A DNA stretch of 31,880 nt from a virus (Duplodnaviria; Caudoviricetes). The translations under genes were made by a program, and so were the position numbers. The stretch spans positions 1 to 31,880 of the IMG/VR virus record IMGVR_UViG_3300032257_000078; one strand, given 5' to 3'. The notes beneath the pieces were generated by a model. It worked only from the letters and a program-made list of their open reading frames with translations. It did not search any database and was not told where the DNA came from. The stretch's first letter is position 1. Each line of letters opens with the position of its first letter. Of the stretch, positions 23,995 to 31,880 are shown piece by piece.

Positions 23995-24380
23995 CCGACT
24001 ACACCGCGAACCACCCCGCGTTCAGCGGTCCGGCTCCTGCACAATCGGCTACCGGCAAGGCGTTGAGCGCCTTCGCTGCGCCGGCAGCCGAATCCAGTCC
24101 CCCGCGCTCATCTGCTGTCCCGCCGACAACCGACGACTTCTACACGGTGGCTGGCCAGTTCGGCCTGCAGGCGTCTGAGCAGGGGCCGAGCGAAAGTGCC
24201 CGCTGGGTTGTGGAGTACGCGCTCGATCAGGTAGGCGTCAAGGGCTCGGAGGAGTTCCGAGGGTGGTTGGTCAACGTGCTCAGTGGGGCGGCGCGAGCCA
24301 ACGGCGGCGAACTCCGCGGGGCAGCGGATGCTCGCGCCTACATCGAGCAGTCCAACTCAGTGCTGAGCAAGTTCCGGTGA
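23991..24380 (+). CDS. Hypothetical protein
   Basis: ATGA-coupled MTDYTANH. Confidence 0.7.
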   Translation: MTDYTANHPAFSGPAPAQSATGKALSAFAAPAAESSPPRSSAVPPTTDDFYTVAGQFGLQASEQGPSESARWVVEYALDQVGVKGSEEFRGWLVNVLSGAARANGGELRGAADARAYIEQSNSVLSKFR

Positions 24381-24607
24381 GCGGCCTCACGCCCGTCTTC
24401 GCAGTGCTCGAGGGCGGCCAGGTCCGCAATGCCATGCCGGCGTCGGCAGCTGCCGCGATGATGGCCGAGGAGTTGGTGGCTTTGTTCACGATGGACCTGC
24501 CGACGGACGAGGCCGTTGACGTTGCGGTGGCCAAGGTGCTGTCTGAGCTGAAGCGGATGTCGTTGCTGCAGTCGGGGTCGACAGGCCATGCCGTCGACGA
24601 TCACTGA
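24377..24607 (+). CDS. Hypothetical protein
   Basis: GTGA-coupled. Confidence 0.6.
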   Translation: MSGLTPVFAVLEGGQVRNAMPASAAAAMMAEELVALFTMDLPTDEAVDVAVAKVLSELKRMSLLQSGSTGHAVDDH

Positions 24608-25028
24608 GCGCTTCCAGGCGATCCTCGGCCGCGTGTCGAGGGTTGGCGCGCAGGCGCTGGCCACTATCGCTCAGCGCTACGACGGCTCGGACTACTACGA
24701 CGAGCCGACCGTGTATCAGGGGCATCCAGCCCCGCAGCTCTCCTACGGCGTCATCGGGCAGGGCATGGCAACCGGCACGGGGCCGTCGTACGTCACGGTG
24801 GCAGAGGCCAACCCAGCAAGGATCGGCGGCATCGAAGTCGGCAACCCGCTGAAGACCGGCGGCGCAGACATCCATGTATCCTTCAACGACGCCGCGCTCG
24901 CCGCCAGCGGGTTCATCATCAGGGCTGGCAACAACCGACACTTCGCGACCACGGCCAAGGTGCGGGCGTGGATCCCAACGGGCGCAGGCCCCATGAACGT
25001 CAGCTACGCTGAATACGGAGTCTCTTGA
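24588..25028 (+). CDS. Putative virion protein with jelly-roll-like C-terminus
   Basis: ANPARIGGIEVGNP...IHVSF...VRAW motif; TGATG coupling. Confidence 0.7.
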   Translation: MPSTITERFQAILGRVSRVGAQALATIAQRYDGSDYYDEPTVYQGHPAPQLSYGVIGQGMATGTGPSYVTVAEANPARIGGIEVGNPLKTGGADIHVSFNDAALAASGFIIRAGNNRHFATTAKVRAWIPTGAGPMNVSYAEYGVS

Positions 25029-26602
25029 TGGCCCGCTACGAACCGAGTTATACCACCACGACGGTCCTTGCCGCGAGCACGGCTGACATTGACTACACGC
25101 CGGATGACGTGACCACCCCGCACAGCGGGCAGAAGATGAGCCGCTATCTGCCGCGGCACGCTGAGCCGCCGAACGGCTACCCGACGGTGGTATTTCTGAG
25201 CTTCGCCAGTTTCACCTACTCGTCGCGCAGCCTCAACGGCACGACGACGACTCTGTCAGCCAACTCCCCGAACCCGGTGCTGCGCCTGATGTACGAGTTG
25301 GTGCGCGAGGGCGTGCAGTGCATCCAGGCGACGGTGAGCGTTGCTCGCGGAGGGAGCACCGGCAACGCGACGTCAGACGGCAGTTACGACCCAGAGAGCA
25401 ACCTCTACCACGGTGCGTACACGAACGGGAACGGCGCCTGGGTGTACCCCGGAGACAACCCGTTCTCCGATCCAACCGCGACGTTCGGCGAGTTCGACCG
25501 CGAGATGGCCGTGCAGGAGATCCTCTGGATCGTCCAGCACTTGAAGGAAAACTCCGATGCCCTCAACGTTGACGCGAGCAACATCTTCCTGCAGGGCTCG
25601 TCCGCTGGTGGGTTCACTACCGGATGGGGCGCGCTCAACGCCGACCTGAGCAGCCACTTCAGCGCAGGGACAGACGCGCAGAACGCCCAGAGCACCCGTG
25701 TCAGGGGCTGGATCCCGTTCGACACGCCGATGTTCATGCCGTGCATGAAGGCCGCGACGAGCGTCGCGCATTGCTTCCCGACAGACGCCGACGTCGACAC
25801 GCCAGCAGCCCTGCTGAACGACGTGTACCCAGCCGGCGGCACGATCGACGCCACCAACTACCAGTGGAAGTTCTCGCCGATGGCCTACGCCACGGCAGAG
25901 AACATGGTCGACACGCTGATGGTCTACACCGACGCCACGTCCGCGTCCAAGAGCACCACGGGGTCGCTCGGGTCTCTCGAGGCGAACATCGGGACGAACT
26001 TCCACGACCTTCGGTTCGGGTCTATGTTCCGGCGCAGGTTCCCTGGGAAGACGCAACTGGTCTTCGCTCCAGATGTCGGTGAGTACGACAAGCTCGCGCG
26101 TTACGCGGACCTCTACGACAACGTCGACCACGTCTTCGAGCAGGTCGCGGACAACGAGACGGACCCGCTGACCAAGCACATCGTCAAGTGGGTGCTGTCT
26201 CTCAGCGGACTTGCCGAGTCAAAGCCAGGGCCAGCCGCGATGGGTTACGGCTTGGCGAACTGCCGCGAGTTCAGCGTCAACGTGCCAGGCAGCACAGACA
26301 CTTGGACGCGAGTGCTGCGCCGCAACCCGAGCCGGGCCGGGCCTATCAGCATCCAGGCTCGGTCGTTCGGGACAGACTACCCGGCGGTCGACTTCGATGT
26401 CGTTGTGACGCCGGACCCCCAGGCCCTGAACATGCACGGCATGCTCATCAGCAGCCACCGCTCTACGGACGGACTTGGCGTCGATTTCCTGGAGGCGATG
26501 ACGCAGTTGAACATCGGTGGCGGCGAACTGTGGTGCAGGCTGCGCCACGCCTCGATGGCCGCGGACACGTCGGTTCTTACTGTGTTCGAGCCGAGCTACT
26601 GA
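25028..26602 (+). CDS. Alpha/beta-hydrolase-fold protein fused to a C-terminal beta domain
   Basis: YPTVVF, VQHLKENSDALNVDASNIFLQGSSAGG nucleophile elbow, STRVRG, FHDLRFG. Confidence 0.85.
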   Translation: MARYEPSYTTTTVLAASTADIDYTPDDVTTPHSGQKMSRYLPRHAEPPNGYPTVVFLSFASFTYSSRSLNGTTTTLSANSPNPVLRLMYELVREGVQCIQATVSVARGGSTGNATSDGSYDPESNLYHGAYTNGNGAWVYPGDNPFSDPTATFGEFDREMAVQEILWIVQHLKENSDALNVDASNIFLQGSSAGGFTTGWGALNADLSSHFSAGTDAQNAQSTRVRGWIPFDTPMFMPCMKAATSVAHCFPTDADVDTPAALLNDVYPAGGTIDATNYQWKFSPMAYATAENMVDTLMVYTDATSASKSTTGSLGSLEANIGTNFHDLRFGSMFRRRFPGKTQLVFAPDVGEYDKLARYADLYDNVDHVFEQVADNETDPLTKHIVKWVLSLSGLAESKPGPAAMGYGLANCREFSVNVPGSTDTWTRVLRRNPSRAGPISIQARSFGTDYPAVDFDVVVTPDPQALNMHGMLISSHRSTDGLGVDFLEAMTQLNIGGGELWCRLRHASMAADTSVLTVFEPSY

Positions 26603-26603
26603 C

Positions 26604-27659
26604 ATGAGCGACCTCTCCGGCTACCTGCCGCTATCCGCTATCTTGGCCAACATGGCGGCCTACTTTCGGATGAGCGTCGACACGCAGCCGGGGTGGAAGG
26701 CCAACGCAATCTCGGCCGTGAACCGCGCGCTGGAGGAGGCTGCCGAGCTGCGCGACTGGCCCGAGCTGATGCGCAACAGCGAACTGCAGCTCCGCGTGCA
26801 GGGAGACACCACGTCCGACACACTGCAGTCCGGCGAGGCGTACTTCGTCGCACCGTGGGCTTGCCGACGCATCGACGCCATGACCATGATGGCGCCTGCG
26901 AAGTACGTCATGAACGAGGTCTCGAGCGAGACGCTGCTGAACCTCATGACCACCGGCACAGACTCCGCCTCCGGCCAGCCCAAGCACTTCGCTCACTGGG
27001 GATGGACAGCTCAGCACGCGGCGCTCGCCGCAGAGGGCGCGCTCACCGTGCTCAGCGACTCGACGCTGAACGGCAGCGACGGGTCGAACAAGCGCGTGGT
27101 CGTGACATACCGGCAGGCCGGGCATCACCTCGGCGAGTCGCGCCAGGTCAACGTCGAGGGTGACTTCGACACGGGCGTGGCCCTGCCGACCGCCGCCGTG
27201 GCCGGTTGGCCCATCGAGTCGGTGCAACTGCCGTCGGGCTGGGCCGGGTCACTGACCATCCAGGACGCCTCGGCCAACGTCATCGTGGACGTCCCGAAGA
27301 AGCTCCTGCCAGAGTCGGCTGCGTCGTCTGGCCACGCCACGTACCGGCGCAGGCTCTATCGCATGGAGCGCTCGAGCGACGTCGATCGCGGCGGCAACCT
27401 GCGGTGGCTGGGGTATCCGCGCAGGCTGTCGTCGGGCTCCGACGTGCCGGACATCCCGGTGAGCAACTACCTGATCGAGAAGGCGACGGCGACCATGTAC
27501 GCCGTGCGCGGCAATGTCGTGGCCTCCAGGTCGCACGAAGCCAACGCGCGAGACTCGGTCGAGGACTCGGGCGCACGCGAGACCAAGCGCCACGGCACAG
27601 CGCCGCCACGGTTCGGCAACGTACTCGGCATGACGGGGGTGAGGACTTGGCCTCTGTAG
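26604..27659 (+). CDS. Head-tail adaptor-like protein
   Basis: AVNRALEE...DWPEL, GQPKHF, LSSGSDVPDIP motifs; position. Confidence 0.7.
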   Translation: MSDLSGYLPLSAILANMAAYFRMSVDTQPGWKANAISAVNRALEEAAELRDWPELMRNSELQLRVQGDTTSDTLQSGEAYFVAPWACRRIDAMTMMAPAKYVMNEVSSETLLNLMTTGTDSASGQPKHFAHWGWTAQHAALAAEGALTVLSDSTLNGSDGSNKRVVVTYRQAGHHLGESRQVNVEGDFDTGVALPTAAVAGWPIESVQLPSGWAGSLTIQDASANVIVDVPKKLLPESAASSGHATYRRRLYRMERSSDVDRGGNLRWLGYPRRLSSGSDVPDIPVSNYLIEKATATMYAVRGNVVASRSHEANARDSVEDSGARETKRHGTAPPRFGNVLGMTGVRTWPL

Positions 27660-29419
27660 AACTCGGCGACTCCGGCGACGGTCGTGCGCGCGTCCTGTTC
27701 TCGCAGGACCCGCTGCTGGGCGGCATGAACAGCCGCCTAGCCCCAGAGCACATTGCCGAGAACCAGGCTGCGGAGCTGGTCAACGTCAGCCTCCACGACC
27801 CGACGCGACCGGCGAAGCGCGAGGGCTACACCGAGATCGGTGCTGGCGCCGCTGGGATGGCCGCGTCTGACAGGCGGATCGCCAGGCTCACCGAGCTTGA
27901 CCTGGGCCCGGCGACGCGCCTGCTGGTGGCTCTGGTTCCTGGCACGGACGGCGGTGTCTACGTCACAACCTCGCCCTCGAGCGATGGCTGGACGCGGGCC
28001 CTGCTCGACGGGGTTACGCTCGACATCGGATCGGACTCGGTCGTCACTGGCCGCGGCCACGACGCGCTGTGGATCTTCCCGCAGAGCGGCCGGAACGCAC
28101 ACGCGCTGAAGCCCGACGGCACGATCATCGACTGCGGCGATGAGAACGGCAGCCCGCCGAGGGACGTGGTCGCGTTCGCCTACGGCCTGGCGCGTGGGTT
28201 CGCTGTGGTGCGGAACAACGTCTACTTCACTAAGCTCTTCCCGAGCCTGGAGGATCTCGAGGAGAAGACCGCGTTCAGCCGACTCACCGACTTCATCCCG
28301 ATGGAGCCCGGCTCTGGCGCGAGCTACGTCGCTGCGTCGTGGTGGCGCGACGACTCGCTTGTGGTGTTCGGCGACCGGCGCATCGACCGCATCTCGGTCA
28401 ACGCTGCCGACCCGATCGACAGCACGCGCCACGTCGTGGAGCAGGAGTTCGGCTGCTCAGCCCCCAACTCGGTGGCCGCTGTCGGCGACTCGCTGTACTT
28501 CCTGGACCAGTTCCTGGAGTTCCGGGAGCTGCGCCAGACCATCCAGGCGAACGTGGCTGGCGTGAGCCCGACGCCCGTCTCGGACCCGATCAGGACCGAG
28601 TTGAGCGAGTCCGGCAGGATCAACTCGGCCGCGGCGAGCAAGAGCTTCTCGGTGGTCCACGGTGAGCGCGTGCTGCTGTTCTACCCGCGCGACACGTCCG
28701 TCGACCCGGACTACGTGGCGGTGTGGAACACGCGGCTGCGCGTCTGGGAGGGCATCTGGCAACTCGGACACGCGATGTCGTCTGGCGTCACATCCAGCAT
28801 CGACGGCGCCACGAAGCTGTATACGTCGAACGGCGTCAGCGACGACGCGCTGTCCGCGGTGTACCGATGGGGCGGCGTGCACTCAGACGCCGGTCTCCCC
28901 GTCACGTATCGCGAGACGATGCGCGCCAACATCGGCAAGGTTCCCATGCAGGTATGGTCGCCCGACGACATCGCGTACGCGGTGCATGGCGACGCTGGAG
29001 CAAACTGCAGCGTGATGCTGCGCACAGACCACAACGACTCGCTCACGCGCATCAGCGAGGCCACGGTCGGGAGCAGCCCGACGTCGAGTTTCCCGCTGCT
29101 CAGCGCGGACTTCGCCGTAGAGGCCGGGGACTTCCCGCTGACGGGCGGGCTGCCGCTGGTGACCACGCAGCGCACGCAGGTCTGGCCGAAGGCCGACATG
29201 GAGAGCCAGGACGGCCCGCTGTACCAGGGCATCTGGCCGCTCTACTCCATGGACCACCCGCTCTTCGACACAGGGTACGGCGCGGATCCCGGCCCGTTCC
29301 TCCAGGTGCGCGTGGAAGAGACCTCGACCAAGGCATTCGAGAGGCGTAGCATGACCCTCGTGGCTCAGTTGATTGACGAGCCGGCCTCAAGCTCCTACTC
29401 GGACAACAGTTACAGCTGA
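27647..29419 (+). CDS. Tail nozzle / stabilisation protein (P22 gp10-like beta-propeller)
   Basis: TTG 27647 after a G-rich SD; GGMNSR..PEHI.ENQA..LVN, KREGY, FGCSAPNSV, LYFLD, PVSDPI. Confidence 0.8.
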   Translation: MASVELGDSGDGRARVLFSQDPLLGGMNSRLAPEHIAENQAAELVNVSLHDPTRPAKREGYTEIGAGAAGMAASDRRIARLTELDLGPATRLLVALVPGTDGGVYVTTSPSSDGWTRALLDGVTLDIGSDSVVTGRGHDALWIFPQSGRNAHALKPDGTIIDCGDENGSPPRDVVAFAYGLARGFAVVRNNVYFTKLFPSLEDLEEKTAFSRLTDFIPMEPGSGASYVAASWWRDDSLVVFGDRRIDRISVNAADPIDSTRHVVEQEFGCSAPNSVAAVGDSLYFLDQFLEFRELRQTIQANVAGVSPTPVSDPIRTELSESGRINSAAASKSFSVVHGERVLLFYPRDTSVDPDYVAVWNTRLRVWEGIWQLGHAMSSGVTSSIDGATKLYTSNGVSDDALSAVYRWGGVHSDAGLPVTYRETMRANIGKVPMQVWSPDDIAYAVHGDAGANCSVMLRTDHNDSLTRISEATVGSSPTSSFPLLSADFAVEAGDFPLTGGLPLVTTQRTQVWPKADMESQDGPLYQGIWPLYSMDHPLFDTGYGADPGPFLQVRVEETSTKAFERRSMTLVAQLIDEPASSSYSDNSYS

Positions 29420-30678
29420 TGGCTACCGACAAGATGACGGTCACGCTGGCAACCGATGTCGTCGGCAACGGGGAGGTCGCGAGCCTAGCCGAGCTGGCGG
29501 GGCTCACGACCGACTCGAGCTACGGCGACATCACGCAGAGCCACTTCAAGCAGTCGGTCTGCACGCCGATCGCCATCGGCCCAGTTGCGCCGAGCAACCC
29601 GTTCGCAGGGCTGCACTGGCTCGACACCAGCCTGAGTCGGTGGGAGCTGAAGTTCTACACGGGCTCGGCATGGAAGTCGGTGTCGTACGAGCGCCTGGCC
29701 GCGGCGCCCACGTCGCCTGTCGACGGCGACCTCTGGTACGACACGACGCTACGCCTGCTGCGCACCTACAAGACCGAGGACGACCTGACGGGCTGGCACC
29801 CGGTCAGCGAGGGCTACCAGCTCCGCTACAACGATGGTGCTCAGCCGATCACCGCCGAGCAGGTCGTGTCGTGGATCAGCCCTGTGGGAAGCAAGCGACC
29901 GTGCTCTCAGTCCGGGGGCGTGCCGAAGCTCACCAACGTGCTCGGGGTCGCGCTCGAGGACATCGCTGCCGCGGCGTCGGGTGTGATCGCCATGGTCGGA
30001 AGCCAGGCCGTTGTCGAGGTCAGCGTGGACACGTCGACGCACTCGGTGGCCGCTGGCGACTGGCTGGTGACCAGCGGAACGGCGGGCGTTGCTCGCTCCG
30101 CCGGCGGGCTCGTGACGAACCCCTACGTGTCGGCCGGCAAGCGCAGCTTCGGCGTCCCGCTCGGCGCCTTCGCCGTGGCCGCGGAAGCCAACACATCCGG
30201 CAGCACCGCGACAGTCAAGGCCAGGATGATCGACCAGCTCGGCACGGGCATGCACGTCCTGTTCCCGGCCAAGCAGATCATCGCGCTCGGCGACACGATC
30301 CCTGGCGGCGACCTGCTGGACGCAACGAACAGCATCGACGGAACGTCACGCGACGTCGACCTCGCCGACACCCCGCGCTCGGGCGGCACGGTGCTCGAGT
30401 CCGACAAGCACGACCCGATCGCCGGCGCACTGGTGACTATCCAGGCCGCGGTGAACGGTGGCGCCGCCGAGCTTGCCGAGTTCTATGCCGAGGGCCACTA
30501 CGTGTCGATCAGCGGCGAGACCCCGGGCGCCGACCTCACCGGCAGCTTGGTGAGCGTCTTCGCTGTCACCGACGACGGGTCCGGCGCGATGGGCAACCTG
30601 CTCGCGGTGAAGGGGTCGACGTCGACCGCCGCCGTGCCGAATACCTACGACGTCTACGTCGACGGGTACGTCTGCTAA
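29419..30678 (+). CDS. Tail fibre-like virion protein
   Basis: Two AP.SP..G.LW.DT repeats; GVALEDIAAA...VAAGDWLVTSGTAG cement-like domain. Confidence 0.75.
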   Translation: MATDKMTVTLATDVVGNGEVASLAELAGLTTDSSYGDITQSHFKQSVCTPIAIGPVAPSNPFAGLHWLDTSLSRWELKFYTGSAWKSVSYERLAAAPTSPVDGDLWYDTTLRLLRTYKTEDDLTGWHPVSEGYQLRYNDGAQPITAEQVVSWISPVGSKRPCSQSGGVPKLTNVLGVALEDIAAAASGVIAMVGSQAVVEVSVDTSTHSVAAGDWLVTSGTAGVARSAGGLVTNPYVSAGKRSFGVPLGAFAVAAEANTSGSTATVKARMIDQLGTGMHVLFPAKQIIALGDTIPGGDLLDATNSIDGTSRDVDLADTPRSGGTVLESDKHDPIAGALVTIQAAVNGGAAELAEFYAEGHYVSISGETPGADLTGSLVSVFAVTDDGSGAMGNLLAVKGSTSTAAVPNTYDVYVDGYVC

Positions 30679-31880
30679 TGGGCATCGCCGCCAACACCTA
30701 CTTCACCGGGCGCACGCCCGTCAGCATCGGCCCGAACAAGGACCCCGGTGCTGACCTGGAGGCGTTCGCCGAGCAACTCACGCTCAGCGTCGAGAACGGC
30801 GAGGTCGAGACCAACTTCCTGGTCAACGTGGTGTCGCCGAAGGTGAACGTGCTGGCCGCTGCCATCGCTGCGCCAACCGACGGCGCCGACGCCTCGTCCG
30901 CGCTCAACGCAGCGGTCACTGTCGCCAAGGCGTTCGCCCCGCTGTCGTGCGAGATCCTGCTACCCCGCGGCACCTACACCATCGACGCGAGCAAGGTGCT
31001 GCTCGACGCGAGCGGACTCATCATCGAAGGCCAGGGGCCTGGCAACACTGTGCTCAAGGCAAAGACCGGGTCGAGCATCACGTCGGCCATCCACTTCGGG
31101 CTCGACGACGGCAGCGCGACAGTCACGTCGTACTGCGGCCTGCGCAACATGACCGTCGACGGCAACGGCGAGTGCTCGACTGCCGTCGTTCGGACCTGGA
31201 ACATCCAGGACTTCCGCATGGAGAACGTGGAGGTCAAGGGCGGTGCGGCTCTTGGCATGCTGATGGAGACCGAGAAGTCGACGGCCTCGACGAAGTCCAA
31301 GAGGAACAAGATCATCGGGTGCCGGTTTCACAGCAACGGCACGTCCGGGTTCAAGAACATCGGTGACCGCTACCTGCACGTCGACGAGACGCAGGCGTAC
31401 AGCAACGGCTCGATCGGGATGTGGGTTGCCGGGTTCGAGAACACCGGCCTGACCTACGCGGGTGCTACCGAGGTGTTCTTCGGCAACGTCGAGTCGTACA
31501 GCAACGCCAGCGACGGGTTCTTCATCGACCGCGTGGCGCAGTTCACCGGAGTCCGCATGTCGGCCTTCGCCAACGGCGGATGGAGCCTGCAGTACGACAG
31601 CTCCACGACGTCGGCCGGCGAGAGCAACAGTGGCCACATCAACCACCTGATCTGCGACGGCGGGGCGAGTGGTGGTGTGAACATCCAGGACGACGCCGAC
31701 GTGTCCGACCTGTCCATCGGCCGCCTCGACATCCTGGACTCGCAGACGAACGCAGCGCTCAACTCGGTCGGCTTCAAGGTCCGTGGCGCCAAGCGCCTCG
31801 ACGTGGCCTGCGCCTACATCTCGGGGCAGCGCGGCAACGCCCTGTCGATCGTGAGCGGCAACCCGCTCGGCGTGGCGCGA
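30678..31880 (+). CDS. Tailspike with pectate-lyase-like beta-helix, truncated by window end (absent from ORF track)
   Basis: TAATG-coupled open frame; DASSALNAA...ILLPRGTYTI...IEGQGPGNTVLK...LRNMTVDGNG; repeated SNG/NASDG coils. Confidence 0.9.
   Translation, partial: MGIAANTYFTGRTPVSIGPNKDPGADLEAFAEQLTLSVENGEVETNFLVNVVSPKVNVLAAAIAAPTDGADASSALNAAVTVAKAFAPLSCEILLPRGTYTIDASKVLLDASGLIIEGQGPGNTVLKAKTGSSITSAIHFGLDDGSATVTSYCGLRNMTVDGNGECSTAVVRTWNIQDFRMENVEVKGGAALGMLMETEKSTASTKSKRNKIIGCRFHSNGTSGFKNIGDRYLHVDETQAYSNGSIGMWVAGFENTGLTYAGATEVFFGNVESYSNASDGFFIDRVAQFTGVRMSAFANGGWSLQYDSSTTSAGESNSGHINHLICDGGASGGVNIQDDADVSDLSIGRLDILDSQTNAALNSVGFKVRGAKRLDVACAYISGQRGNALSIVSGNPLGVAR

Larger units (their letters stand above)
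1..31880. mobile_element. Tailed dsDNA bacteriophage genome segment, podovirus-like
   Basis: TerL-portal-scaffold-MCP-adaptor-nozzle-tailspike order on + strand; phage replication/recombination genes and dense small ORFs on - strand; no host housekeeping genes or tape measure seen. Confidence 0.97.

Noticed and set aside
27206-27646. N-terminal 147 aa of the ORF-track nozzle protein
   Set aside because: Arg-rich alternate frame overlapping the adaptor gene; plausible start is TTG 27647
1-31880. Alternative genetic code, DGR, retron or tRNA genes
   Set aside because: Core genes are intact in the standard code; no reverse transcriptase motifs, TR/VR pairs or cloverleaf with a T-loop were found by eye

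Overview
GC-rich segment of a tailed dsDNA phage (Caudoviricetes, podovirus-like), organised as two divergent arms that meet at about 15.05-15.12 kb. The minus-strand arm (15.0 kb to 1) carries MazG-like, RuvC-like, DUF3560 and N6-adenine MTase genes, a degenerate HNH gene, a Cas4-like PD-(D/E)XK exonuclease, a Rad52/Sak annealase, a replication initiator, a G39P-like helicase loader and about 35 small, mostly ATGA-coupled ORFs. The plus-strand arm (15.1 kb to end) carries a small membrane protein, a u-spanin-like lipoprotein, TerS candidate, TerL, P22-type portal, scaffold, SU10/DUF5309-type major capsid, an alpha/beta-hydrolase-like protein, adaptor, nozzle, fibre and a truncated beta-helix tailspike. 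I saw no integrase, DNA polymerase, endolysin, tRNA or CRISPR array. The most unusual signal is a set of non-coding elements at 6.95-7.04 kb and 10.65-12.8 kb: a recurrent leader (CGC)AACCGCAACGGA that is fused to the SD and expanded into (AACCGC)4 and (AACCGC)7 arrays, a duplicated hairpin module, a ~125-nt multi-junction RNA carrying the same motif, and a ~400-nt ORF-poor transcript behind a near-consensus promoter. Notable proteins include an EF-Ts N-terminal-domain mimic and an annealase with a plant-OSB-like PDF motif and an SSB-like tail. All family calls are motif recognition by eye; no database search or folding computation was run.
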